A stretch of DNA of 64,000 nt. Source: Octopus bimaculoides. Taxonomy: Eukaryota. Under the pieces are notes generated by a model, which saw nothing but the letters and a program-made list of their open reading frames with translations, did no database searches and was not told the origin of the DNA. Both the position numbers and the translations under genes were made by a program. The DNA lies in assembly GCF_001194135.2 (NCBI RefSeq), contig NC_068986.1:22046558-22110557 (forward strand), given 5' to 3'. Each line of letters opens with the position of its first letter. Position 1 is the first letter of the stretch. Below are positions 38,196 through 51,640 of this stretch, one piece after another.

Positions 38196-38415
38196 TGTTG
38201 CCATCCGGTTTCACCAGTCCTCAGTCAAATCGTCCAACCCATGCTAGCATGGAAAGCGGACGTTAAACGATGATGACGATGATGATNNNNNNNNNNNNNN
38301 NNNNNNNNNNNNNNNNNNNNNNNNNNNNNNNNNNNNNNNNNNNNNNNNNNNNNNNNNNNNNNNNNNNNNNNNNNNNNNNNNNNNNNNNNNNNNNNNNNNN
38401 NNNNNNNNNNNNNNN

Positions 38416-38454
<39 letters not shown>

Positions 38455-40319
38455 CTTAAGAGCTGAGAAGAATCAGCTGCTGATTGAAACCTGAGACAAT
38501 TATCCTAAGTATACTACTATTACTGTGTCACATGAATGGGTGTGTGTATATATACAATAACAACTAGTTTCTCAATTCCCAACAACATGCAATTATTTAA
38601 CTTCTCTGACATGGAACTGGTAAGTAATTGATATATTTATACAAAACAAGAAAAACAACAGTCAGTTCTAATATACACACAAGGTCAGAATTGGCAGGAG
38701 GGGGGGGGTATATTGACTTTACTACTTCACTGATGCTTTATTTCATTGACTCCAGAAGGATGAAGGGGTAAAGTTGATCTCAGCTAGATTTGAAATCAAG
38801 GATGCAATAGAACTGTTACAAACACTGCTAGGCATTTTCTGTGATCTTCTGAAGTTTCTACCAATTCATAAATAATAATAGTATCTAACATAAACACAAA
38901 GCTAGTAATTTGGGTGGGGTTGGGGGAACAGTAAATTAATGCAACCCTGCTGCTGCATGACTGGTAATTTATTTATAAATCCCAGAAGGATGAAAGGCAA
39001 AGTTGATTTTGGCAGTGTTTGGAATCAGAAGGCAAAAATGCTGGAACATATACTGCGAAGCATTTTGTCCAACTCGCCAATGCTTCAGCCAAATGCCCTC
39101 CTCTTCTTCTTCTACTACTACTACTACTACTATAAATCAACTCCATTACTTGACTGGTACTTATGTTTTATCCAACCTGAAAGGATGAAAAGCAAAGTTG
39201 ACCTCAGCAGGATTTGAACTTAGAACATAAAGAGCCAGAAGAAATACCTCTAAGTATTTTGTATATGCTAACAATTCTGCCATCTCACTGCTTTAATAAA
39301 AATAATTGTTGACATAAGACAATGTATATAACAGACTGATGGCTTAATTAAAATTTGAATATACAAATAAACAATTTACATTTTTCATCGAAATAAGCAA
39401 ACCCTTCTTCTAGTGTTTGCTAACTGAACAAAACCATGCTGCAAAAATCAGAAAAATAGAGGGCTAGAATGCACAAGATAAACTAGAAAAAAATAACAGT
39501 AGAATTTGAGAACAAATGAGAAATGTAACATACAAACCAGTTCACTGACGATACTAGTTGGTTAATCTGGCTTTATTTAATCATTAATATAGACAGTCAA
39601 ATCTGAGAATAGTGCATAGCTTGGAAAAAATTTCAAAAATCTGAACTTTGATACAACACTACAACGTCTAACATCAAGAATCAGGAAGTAGCTTAAGTTT
39701 ATTGGTTTTATTGAGTATGACCTATCAATTTTTAATGAAGTACTTTTAGGAAATTTAACCAATAAAAAAAAAAGGATTAAAATAATTTTGAAAATAATCA
39801 AAAATTTGGAAAGGTTTAGTAATTTTTACTATTATTAATTTTATGTCTCTAATATAACTTCATAAACACTTCTTACATAAAATCATGACAGATAGTTTTG
39901 ACTGAAATATGAACACTAANNNNNNNNNNNNNNNNNNNNNNNNNNNNNNNNNNNNNNNNNNNNNNNNNNNNNNNNNNNNNNNNNNNNNNNNNNNNNNNNN
40001 NNNNNNNNNNNNNNNNNNNNNNNNNNNNNNNNNNNNNNNNNNNNNNNNNNNNNNNNNNNNNNNNNNNNNNNNNNNNNNNNNNNNNNNNNNNNNNNNNNNN
40101 NNNNNNNNNNNNNNNNNNNNNNNNNNNNNNNNNNNNNNNNNNNNNNNNNNNNNNNNNNNNNNNNNNNNNNNNNNNNNNNNNNNNNNNNNNNNNNNNNNNN
40201 NNNNNNNNNNNNNNNNNNNNNNNNNNNNNNNNNNNNNNNNNNNNNNNNNNNNNNNNNNNNNNNNNNNNNNNNNNNNNNNNNNNNNNNNNNNNNNNNNNNN
40301 NNNNNNNNNNNNNNNNNNN

Positions 40320-40578
40320 ATATATATGTATATATATGTATAACTATGTGTGTATGTTTGTGTGTCTGTGTTTGCCCCCCCCCCCAACATCGCTTGACAA
40401 CCGATGCTGGTGTGTTTATATCCCCGTAACTTAGCGGTTCGGCAAAAGAGATCGATAGAATAAGTACTAGGCTTACAAAGAATAAGTCCTGGGGTCGATT
40501 TGCTCGACTAAAGGCGGTGCTCCAGCATGGCCACAGTCAAATGACTGAAACAAGTAAAAGAGTAAAGAGTAAAAGAGT
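40320..40578 (+). mobile_element. 3' half of a young family A SINE
   Basis: Reverse-complement match to 27717-27930. Confidence 0.85.
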
Positions 40579-41366
40579 GTATTATTTTCAAAATTAATTA
40601 AAACAAAGACAATGTATTTCAACAGAGATATGGCGAAAAAAAAAAAGGATTAAAATAATTTTGAAAATAATCAAAAATTTGGAAAGGTTTAGTAATTTTT
40701 ACTATTATTAATTTTATGTCTCTAATATAACTTCATAAACACTTCTTACATAAAATCATGACAGATAGTTTTGACTGAAATATGAACACTAAAATCAAAA
40801 CAAGATTTTGTATCACATCATCAGGTTGGTGTCAAAAGTGTTAATTACCATAAATACTTCATTAAAGCAGTCATTACAAGATACAGAATTAGAGTGAGAA
40901 CATTTTTTTCAAATCTAAGATTTCTCAAACCACCTAGTATTCTGAATTACCATTTAATATGAAGAAAAGTGTTCCATGTGAACACTTTGCAATAGCAGAA
41001 ACCAAGAGTCAAAGACAAACATTCTCAAAACCTCAGCACCAATTTAGAATAAGTATTTTGTCAGGGACAAGATGGAAATATTAACATTAACATTCCTTTG
41101 AACAAAAACACTGAAGTTGATGGTATAAGAAATATTTAACAGCTATAAATAAAAATTTTGTTGATTTTTTTTAATGATTCCCTCACAAGTACTATCTCAA
41201 ACCAATGTATTTAATCAGTCGGCAAATATCCGCACACATCAGCAAATAATTTGTTTGTTGAATTTATATAGAGCTACAAACTATAGTCAGATTCATCAGT
41301 CTGGGTTAGCTTTGGCTGATGAGGTACAATGATGTTGAAACAATGGGAGTCCCAATGTCCCCTTAC

Positions 41367-41436
41367 ACAAATGAACTGAGTGTGTTATGAAACACATTGA
41401 TGTGAAAGGAGAAGTTCTCAAATGGCAAAATACAAT
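41367..41436 (-). CDS. Candidate exon (CILPFENFSFHINVFHNTLSSF)
   Basis: Acceptor ctgactttaatacacttctacag| and donor tgt|gtaagg; 70 nt open, phase 1 to 2, compatible with the 62029 donor and the 37958 acceptor. Confidence 0.35.
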
Positions 41437-44129
41437 CTGTAGAAGTGTATTAAAGTCAGCAGAGAATTCCTGCATTGAATTCCTGCATCAGTTTCATCCA
41501 GAAGTAAATATAACACAGAGAGCACAAATGATCAACTTGATGGCTGTGCAGCAACCCATCAGGGGCTCTACTGGCTATATTTTGCAAACAGCACTACATT
41601 TTATTTAAGGTTAAAAATGGAAGTCTTCAATGGCCTGGTTCATGTATTTGTATACAAACCTTTTGTTAACTGTGTGAAAGCAATATTAAACTGAATATCT
41701 TGATAGCTTGAAGTATTGAGTGTACAGCCTAGAGAAGGGTGTGGAATGTATCGACTTGCCCTAGAAACACTTCATGAAATGTATCTAAGGCACTTATCGT
41801 TTATAGGTTACGAGATTCGTTATATCTTCATATCATATGCCCACATATAACAGGTCAGAAAGATTTACCAATCACCAATATAATATAAATTTTCAATATT
41901 AAAAACTAAAATGTCATGTAGAAGAAAGAGCATGTGTCTCACCCCACCCAATTTCTTGTTACATTAACTGCATTCTTGGCATAATGTAGGTCAAAGAATT
42001 AGAGGAACAGAAAATACCAAAAGCAGGTTTTTAGTACATAAAAAAAATCTATTTTTGTATAAGAAATTTTTGTTTCCACATCAGAAAGATAAGCTGAAAT
42101 ATTTTCATCAAAGTTTAATACTTTTATACCAGCCTTCCAAAACCACCTCTGATTCTTTGAGAAGTAAATTGTCTGTTTCTTAAAGTGTTCATATCTAAAT
42201 TAAAACCTATCATAATTGTAAGAACTTTTTCCTAAATTAAGCCTGATATAGATATAAATGTACAATTTAATCATTTGACTAAATGTCTTGATTATTTTCA
42301 AAATGAACTGACACAAACAGGAAGTGGATTTCACTGGAAGTATGGTCACAAAAAGGACTTTATTGATATCATGAAAACTGAATTAGTTGTTGTTTGGCCT
42401 CAGGTCAACTTTCATTTAAAGACATTTTAGATGTATCCATCTCATCTTTTTCTTTTTTACAGACATAATATATCTAGGACTGCAAACCATCAAATTCAGT
42501 GTTTATGCCTTATTTGTTTCAATCATTGGACTGCAGTCGAACTAGAGCACCACCATGCAGAATTTAGTCAAACAAATCAACCTCAGTACTTATTTATAAG
42601 TCTAGTACTTATTTTATGGTTCTCTTTTGCCAAACCACTAAGTTGTTGAGACATAAACAAACCAACGCCAGTTTTCAAGCATTGACAGGAAAGAAAAACA
42701 CAAACACAAACACACCACTGTATAAAACACATTTTACAAGGCTTTTCAAAAAGATAAAAACTATTACAAATAAATGACAAAAGTATCAAAAATGAAAAAC
42801 TCCAAATGATGGGATTGACAAAGACCAAATAATGAGTTTGTGTTTGAGATCTTATGAAGTAATGAACTCTGAACTAAACAAGATTGAAAAAAACAACTAT
42901 AATCTTAATATTACGCAGATACCGTTTTCAACAGGTACCGCCTTTAAACTATAATGGATGATATATCTGGTAAATTTCATATCTGCACTGCAGAGTATTT
43001 TAAAATAATATAGAAGAGTATGTATTCAAGGTTTTATGCAATTGCTAATCATTGCAATCTGAAAACAAACGCAGCATATATGATAGCTTTAAGCTCTCTT
43101 ATATCATTATATACTGAATATTATGATTAATCAACCAAGCTAATTTGAGAAGCTTACTATATGTATTAATAGCAAGAAGAACTGATAAAACAAAGACAAT
43201 ATTTTAGAAAACTCTTTAAATTGTTTCCAGTTAGAGGCATTTACATGTAGAGCATCAGAATCATTTACAATTTAGAATTTGAAATTTAATTTTCAAACCA
43301 ATTTTCATATGGCATTTAAATAACAGCCTATTAAATGTGAATATTTTAATGAAATCAAACCTTATTCTATTTTTAATAATATACTTTTGCATTTAATATT
43401 TTGCTGATTTAGTAATTTCATTAGTTGCTTATGGTTTAGATACAAAGAATGTTTTGAACATAAATATGTATAAAGACATGGCTGTGTGGTTAAGAAAATT
43501 GCTTCCCAACCACACAGGTTTGATACCATTTCAGGTTCAATACCAACCACTGTAGCACGTTGAGTAAGTGTTTTCTACAACAGCTTCAGGCAAACCAAAA
43601 ATCTAATGACTGGATTTGGTAGGTGGAAACTGAAAAAAGTCCATCATACATAGAGTGGAGGTGAGTATGTTTATGCCTCCTTGTCTTGACACCACAATAG
43701 TTGTAAATAGTTGTCAGTGTTATACGTGCAGTGTCGTTCATCTCAAGTCTTCTATGAAAACATGTCTGACTACAGGGGAGAGATAACATGACTTGGAAAT
43801 AAGTGTTGACAATAGGAAGAGCATCTGGTTTTAAAATGATCTTCCTCAATAAAACTATGTCTGACCCATCCAAGCATGAAAAAGTGGACATGGAAACATT
43901 GATGATGATGATGATTGTGATCTAAGAATAGCTGTAGCCTAGATTGCAGAAAAAAAACCTTGTATTTGATTAAGTTTCTTTATGAGTTCAAATCTTGTCT
44001 AGATTCACTTTGCCTTTCCTTAAAAGAATCAGCTGGGGAGCAACGAAGCTTGCAAGCTGTCCAGATGTATCTTCTGCTTGTCAGTCTGTAGTATTACAGG
44101 GTTTATAGTGGCAGGTAATATAGAAAAAA

Positions 44130-44520
44130 ATTTTTTTTTTAATCCCCACTCAGTTGATCATGGTAGCAGTGGTGGTGGATGAGTTTTTCTGAATGTTGTA
44201 AGCTGTAATCTTTGCCTGCACTACTGCAGCACAGTGCATGCAAACTATTTTTGGCAGGTAGTGTGAGGTAGGGTAATACCTAACAGGATGATTTTGCTCA
44301 CTTGCTTAGCTTCTCGAATGGGTCGGAGATAAAACATATTTACTGACAGAGCTCTCAGCAGTTAGCTAACTTGAGTTCAAGGTGGAGAATGTTATGCACT
44401 CTGTGAAAGCATGGTGGGTAACTGTGATTAGGCAGTTGTCAGACTGTCCATTAGGCATAGAGACAGTGATTGTTTGATAGAGGCTGGGCTTAAAGGAGGT
44501 GACAAAGAGATCAAGACTAT
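44130..44520 (-). mobile_element. Decayed LINE fragment (end of AP-endonuclease region, CR1/L2-like)
   Basis: Minus-strand translation LDLFVTSFKPSLYQTITVSMPNGQSDNCLI resembles the APE C-terminal motif LDL.LT...LG.SDH.LI. Confidence 0.45.
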
Positions 44521-46238
44521 TTATTCAGTATGTTTCTGTGTCGGTCAGTGTTGCAAATGGATTGTGATGATGTTAGGTATTGCAGAAAACAGAATTCAGA
44601 ATGACTAAAGACTTGCATTTGCACCAATAGTAATAATATAGGAGGAATTTGGAAGCCAAGAAAGGTGTTATTATTTACAGTTCTGTAAAAAAAATATTTG
44701 AATCTCAAAAAACTAAGTATTGAAAAAAGATCAACTGTCTGCTATATATCACACAAGAGCCATATAAGCCATATAATTGGCCAGTTTGTCTGTCCTGTAG
44801 CCAATCACATCAAGCAAAATCCCTGTATGCGATTGGTAAATCTGCACTCAATAGCATGCTTTAACCACTGGAGTTTGTGCCTTTTCTGCTTGTTCTCTTT
44901 TCATAATGCTTTTCCTTTTCCCCTCTAAACATTCTAATTCTTTGACATCCTGTTGTTGTTTCCCTCCAAGTCAACCCTGATTGAGTAAGCCCATGATTAA
45001 AGGCATTCCCCCATAACCATCACAATTTTGTTCCTTCTAGCCATATCTTGGACCTACATTAACAAATGTGTTGCATCAAAAATTTAGTAGTTTACAGGAT
45101 TTAATGGGTTAGACATTACCTAGTAATTACGTTGTAGTGGATTTGTGATACATATATAGATGTATTCACCCAGTCAAATCAAGATCACAGGTAAATTATT
45201 AAAGGTTTATGAATATTTGGTTAAAAAAAACCCCAGTGGAGCAAAGAAACTTTTCTTAAGTAGCATTAGCAGAGAAAGCTTGTCAATTTTTCTTACATAT
45301 TTATCATATAATTATGTGTACTGGCAAATCAATGACAACAAGCTACACCAAACCAAACCAATCATAGGGTTGCCATTAAATACCACTAAAACTAACAGAT
45401 GTAACCTCAGCTCCAACAAGCTTCATCAACAGCAGCAAAATCATTTAACATCTGCTTTCCATGCTGGCATAGGTTGGATGCTTTGATAGGAACTGGCAAG
45501 TCAGAAGACCTGTGTATGATTTTTACCAATAAAGGAGTTCTATGTAATTATTTGTTTTGGTTTAAATAAGATGAACAACAGCAAGACGATATAGATTCTG
45601 AGTCTTTTGAAAACTTTTTAAAACTAAGCATTCATACTATAAAGCAAAATGAGATTTGAGGTTTTCTGGGTTTTTTTGTTTTTTTTTTAAATCTGGTTTT
45701 TATGCTACTGACTACATGGTCATCAGTTTAAGCCTTACTTCTACAGTTACTAAATCACAGTTTATTTCTTGTTATATAAAGACTGAATCAGAATTACAAG
45801 GAAACAAAGAAAAAGAAGAAAAGAGGGGAGAATTAAGCAGAAGATGGGGGAAGGAGGAAGCACACTCCAGAACAAGCCACACCTTACAGACATGATTATG
45901 ACTGGTATTGCTGTGGAGAATGGTCAGCAACGCTTGCTGTCACAGCCACCCCCACCTCACAGGACTCCAGACAGGCTGCTGTTTTGTTTGGGCAAAGTTT
46001 TTATTAAGTTCTTGTTCTTATTAACAGGGTCAACTACATAAAATTGGTTCCTTTCTATACTTTACAGATGACAACTTAGCAGTAGGAAGGGCACTGAGCT
46101 GTAAAAACAAAAACGACCCCCCTCATGCCACTGTGAAAAAAATTAATGTAAAACTGCAAAAAAAAAATCTTAAAAAACATGTAGAAGAACTAGGACAAAG
46201 CATCAGAAACATAGTGATGAATCATACCACTGACACAT

Positions 46239-46271
<33 letters not shown>

Positions 46272-48677
46272 CCCCAGTATAACATGTTGCATGGTTGGGC
46301 TGTCAGCAACTAACTTGGAAAAACCACTAAGCCTGCTTGATGAGTAAGGTGGTTTTTAACACCTTGGGGGATGAGAAACAAGACTTATCAAACAACAGAT
46401 GAACTCAGGAGAGTCAACAGCTAACCAATTACACAATATATATCATCCTCATCATTTAACGTCCACTTTCCATGCTGGCATGGGTTAGACAGTTTAACAG
46501 GAGCTGACTAGGTAGAAGACTGCACTCGGCTTCAGTGTCTACTTTAGTATGTTTTTTACAGCTGGATTCCCTTCCAAATGCCAACCACTTTAAAGTGTGG
46601 ACTGGATGTTTTTTACATGGTACCAGCAATGGCAGGGTCATCAAGTAACTTGCAAGACAAAGATCTTTTGAGAGGGGAGGGGGCATTGGAGAAGGTGGTC
46701 TTGTGCCAGATATATATCATCATCATCATCGTCTAAAGTCCGTTTTCCATGCTAACATGGGTTGGATGGTTCGACTGGGGTCTGGGAAGCCAGGAGGCTG
46801 CACCAGGCTCCAGTCTGATCAGGCAGTGTTTCTACAGCTGGATGCCCTTCCTAACACCAACCACTCCAAGAGNNNNNNNNNNNNNNNNNNNNNNNNNNNN
46901 NNNNNNNNNNNNNNNNNNNNNNNNNNNNNNNNNNNNNNNNNNNNNNNNNNNNNNNNNNNNNNNNNTATATATATATATATATATATATATGCACAAGGAC
47001 TTAAGAATTTCTGGTTTGGTACCCTGGTGCACATTTAGCCTATCAGGACAGGCTGGACTCTAAACCATGGCAATGGCAACTAACCCAAGAAAAGAAGAGT
47101 TTTGTTTGTCACCGAGTTTCTGACAGACAACTGCACCAACTTTCTGTTATTAGTATTTCCAAAAAGTGGCTGGCCCAAAACAAGCCTTCACCACTAAAAA
47201 CAAATCATGGATAGTTTAACAGCTACAATATTGACCAACAGGAGACACCACTACACAAACACACATACATGAGTAAGTGAAGAATGTAGCACTCAACACA
47301 TTTCCTTGGAGTTACATGCCACAAGTCATGCAGAGATGAGTCAAACTGTTATTATATATATATATATATATATATGTACGTATGTATGTATATATTGCTA
47401 GATTCTAAAGAAAGAGAAAAGGCAATTGATAGATTTAATCCTTATTGAGTAAGCAATTAGAGTGTATAACAATAATAATAATCAGCAAGGTTATATATAG
47501 ATATACACACACACACTACAAAAACAAAACAATACAAAATGAAAAGCAAATATCATCTATCATATTTTGACTGCAACACCTTATATTTCTCAACAAAATG
47601 ATTATTTCATCTCATATTTTATTAGACTATTTTCAAAATCATCACTAGTAACATATATTTAATAAATGCAATTGAGGAACATTATCTTCTTAATTTTTAT
47701 AGATGAAATCAATAACAGAGAAGTTGCGTAAGCAGAGAGACAACTTCATTTCTATCTGACAACTAAGGTTTCTTTTCTTTTTTTTTTAACGTTTTTTTTC
47801 TTCCTCCACATGGTTTACAGATTCATTGAACTGCTATAAAAGAAAATCCTACTCAGCCAAAATAAATATTGACTATGGTTACTTATGAAGACAATGACTT
47901 TGGTCCAGTTGTTGCTGTTGATTGTTGCAGGTCAGCCCTGATACAAGTAAGGTTATGGTAAAAAATATTCCTACCAGGACCACAGTATTTTTTTACATTT
48001 TTATTTATTATTATAATTTTTTTTTTGTATATCTAGGACTACATATTCCAATTTCCTCTTCATTTTCTAAAACAAAAGAGTGTGGAATTTAGTTGCTATT
48101 TCTAGCAGGTCAGGTGACTGCACACAGGTATCCTCTCTGTTCCAGCTTGTAAGTGAGGATACATCAAGAAATATAAAATGATAATTTTACAAAACAATGG
48201 GGACAGGCATGGCTGTGTGCCTAAGAAATTCACTTGGCAAACAAAAGATTTTAAGCTTAGTTCCACTGTACAAGACTCAGGCAAGAATCTTCTACTATAG
48301 CTGTTGGCCAACCAATGCATAATGGGTAAATTTGGTAGATAGAAACCATTGAGAAACAGTTGTGTGTGTGTGTGTAGAGGAAATTAAAGTAAACACAGGT
48401 TTATATATTGGTTCCTATGTATGTTTCACCATTATACTTGCTTGGAAACCTGCATTTGGGTATTCCAAGTGCATATGGATGCTTAACCAGAACAGATCAT
48501 CAGCGAATCTTTCATTGCATTAGATTTTTAAACACAACAGTAGCAGTCGTTTCCCAACCACATGATTCCAGGTTCAGTCCTACATGCATGGAACCTTGGG
48601 CAAGTGTCTTCTACTACAGCCTCAGGCCAACCAAAGCCTTGTGAGGGGATTTGGTAGACAGAAACTGAAAGAAGCCC

Positions 48678-48724
<47 letters not shown>

Positions 48725-49186
48725 NNNNNNNNNNNNNNNNNNNNNNNNNNNNNNNNNNNNNNNNNNNNNNNNNNNNNNNNNNNNNNNNNNNNNNNNNNNN
48801 NNNNNNNNNNNNNNNNNNNNNNNNNNNNNNNNNNNNNNNNNNNNNNNNNNNNNNNNNNNNNNNNNNNNNNNNNNNNNNNNNNNNNNNNNNNNNNNNNNNN
48901 NNNNNNNNNNNNNNNNNNNNNNNNNNNNNNNNNNNNNNNNNNNNNNNNNNNNNNNNNNNNNNNNNNNNNNNNNNNNNNNNNNNNNNNNNNNNNNNNNNNN
49001 NNNNNNNNNNNNNNNNNNNNNNNNNNNNNNNNNNNNNNNNNNNNNNNNNNNNNNNNNNNNNNNNNNNNNNNNNNNNNNNNNNNNNNNNNNNNNNNNNNNN
49101 NNNNNNNNNNNNNNNNNNNNNNNNNNNNNNNNNNNNNNNNNNNNNNNNNNNNNNNNNNNNNNNNNNNNNNNNNNNNNNNNNNNNNN

Positions 49187-49349
49187 ACTCTCTGAGTGGT
49201 TGGCGTTAGGAAGGGCATCCAGCTGTAGAAACTCTGCCAAATTAGATTGGAGCCTGGTGTAGCCATCCGGTTGCACCAGTCCTCAGTCAAATCGTCCAAC
49301 CCATGCTAGCATGGAAAGCGGACGTTAAACGATGATGATGATGATGATG

Positions 49350-49352
<3 letters not shown>
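49187..49352 (+). mobile_element. Young RTE 3' end (family C); other copies at about 10785, 13077, 20730, 38195, 46450, 46712, 49605, 51875, 53030, 55040 and 60630
   Basis: Close reverse-complement match to 2191-2370. Confidence 0.8.
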
Positions 49353-49381
<29 letters not shown>

Positions 49382-50950
49382 GTGAAAAATTGGTATCCAT
49401 CACTCCTGAATGGGATTGGAGGCAAGTTGTCTTGCCTGTCTACAACTTTCAGGTATTTTAACACCCAGTGCAACAAAGAAGTCGTCCTCAAAGCACTATA
49501 CCGCAACAAGTTGGCAAACAAACAAAACACATATACTGAATATGTGCAGTCAATAAAGTATACAACACTCATGCTGCTTTTAATTCGTAATTGAATGAAT
49601 ATATATATCATCATCATCATTTAATGCCTATCTTCCATGCTGGTATGGGTTGGCTGGTTTGACAGGTAGAAGACTACACCAGGCGACTGTGTCTGTTATG
49701 GCATGTTTTTTACAGCTGGATGCCCTTCCAAACACCAACCACCTCATAGAGTGGACTGAGTGCTTTTTATGTGGCACCATCGCACATATATCCCCCTTTC
49801 ACTACTTGATAACCCGTGTGGGTTTGTTTGTATCACAATAACATAGCAATTTAGCAAGAAGCAGACCAGTAAGTTAAGTAGAAAATTTAAAATAAGTACA
49901 AAAGTCATTTGATTGACAAAAAAAAAACCTAAGATGCAGCTCCAGAATGGCTGCAGTCCAATGATGACTCCCACTTCAATTTAAAATACAAAAGCAAAAT
50001 AAATGGTTTTCTTTTTAATTATAATTTTTCATCATACAATCTTAATAATGGCAAATAGATTGCATCAGCCTTTTTAAAATTTCTTTTCTACATTTTCGTT
50101 AGATTTTTTCCAAACAATTTCTGTGTAACCATAGCTATGTGGTTAAGAAACTGGCTTTGCAACTGTCTTCGGCCCTGGGCTGATCAATGCCTTGTGAATA
50201 AATTTGCAACATGGAAACTGTGTGGAAGACTGTGATGTGCATGTGTGTGTGAGTGTGTGTGTGTGCATGTCTGTGTTTATGTTTGTCCCCTGCAATCCTT
50301 AACCAGTGTTGGTTTGTTTATGTCCCCCAGAAACTTAGCAGTTTGGCAATAGAGACTGATAGAATAAGTACCAAACTTTAAAAAAAAAAAAAGAAAAAAT
50401 TACTGGGGTCAGTTTGTTCAAACAAACCCTTTGAGGTGGTGCCCCAGCATGGCCACAGTCCAATGGCAGAAACAAGGAAAAGAAAAGAGATAATAGGAAA
50501 GTAGATTGGCCCAAGCAGTCTCTATGTAATAGGAAGGTAGAAACGACATAGATGATAAATAGTTAAATTAAAAGCTACATAGCATTCAGGCAGGAGCTGA
50601 AATCATGAGGTTGTTGTGACCTTTTATTTCATCAATACTAGAATTGATAAAATAAGCAGCAGTAATATACTAAATTCAGCCAGTTCACTGTAACCTTTTT
50701 ACTTCTTTGTGAAAAAGAGATTTGTAAAATATGAACAAAGCAAACGATAACCATGTGGTTAAAGGAGTTTGTTTTGTAACCATGTGGTTCCAGATATTTT
50801 GATATTGCTGGTCAGCACTTTGACCAGATGACTTCTACTAAACTGTACCCCCAGGATAACCTTGTGAGTGGAATTTGGTAAAGAGAAACTATGCAGATGC
50901 CTGTTGTGTGTGTGTATATATACATACATATATCTATATATATATATATA

Positions 50951-51195
50951 TTAGAAAAAATAAGGTACTCAGAGATCTGGATGGTTGTACATTTACAGAA
51001 TTTTATTAATATGTCACATGTTTTTATAAATCATATATAGTACCACTTGCATTTATTCTAGTAGAATCTTCAGATTCTAATTTCTACTAGAATAGATGCA
51101 AGTGCTAATATATAATGTATAAAAACATGTGACATATTAATAAAAATCTGTAAATGTACAACCATCTAGATCTCTGAGTACCTTATTTTTTCTAA
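50951..51195. mobile_element. Near-perfect foldback MITE inserted in a TA repeat
   Basis: Outer arms of about 80 bp are reverse complements with few mismatches. Inner arms cacttgcatttattctagtagaa and ttctactagaatagatgcaagtg surround a loop of about 15 nt. Confidence 0.85.
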
Positions 51196-51230
51196 TATAT
51201 AATACCTGTACATCACCTCCAAACCTTCTA

Positions 51231-51273
<43 letters not shown>

Positions 51274-51286
51274 TGTGTGTGTATGT

Positions 51287-51640
51287 GCCGGAGTGGCTGT
51301 GTGGTAAGTAGCTTGCTTACCAACCACATGGTTCCGGTTTTAGTTCTACTGCGTAGCATCTTGGGCAAGTGTCTTCTACTATAGCCTAGGACCAACCAAA
51401 ACCTTGTGAGTGGATTTGGTAGACAGAAACTGAAAGAAGCCCATCGTATATGTGTGTATGTGTGTGTGTGTGCATGTATGTATGTGCATGTGTTTGTACC
51501 CCCACCATCACTTGATAACCAATGTTGGTGTGTCTATGTCCCCCATAACTTAGCAGTTCGGCAAAAGAAGCCAATAAAATAAGTACTAGGCTTACGAAGA
51601 ATAAGTCCTGGGGTCGATTTGTTCGACTAAAGGCAGTACT
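51287..51640 (+). mobile_element. CORE-type SINE family A copy; further copies at about 15075, 17590, 21560, 26400, 42490, 43480, 48545, 50130 and 60775
   Basis: Head, CORE-like segment and tail match 27717-28133. Confidence 0.85.

Larger units (their letters stand above)
1097..49186. other. Eleven assembly gaps: 1097-1722, 2622-2960, 8268-8349, 9283-9292, 16734-16952, 23283-23745, 32464-32776, 38287-38415, 39920-40319, 46873-46965, 48725-49186
   Basis: N runs, most of them abutting microsatellites or young repeats. Confidence 1.

Noticed and set aside
39764-40792. Identical copies of about 155 bp around gap 39920-40319 and a SINE
   Set aside because: Too long for a TSD and gap-associated; most likely a contig-overlap or haplotype artefact.
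1037-49299. Long ORFs in the track containing X runs or HT/CV/YI/poly-L repeats
   Set aside because: They are produced by N gaps and microsatellites.
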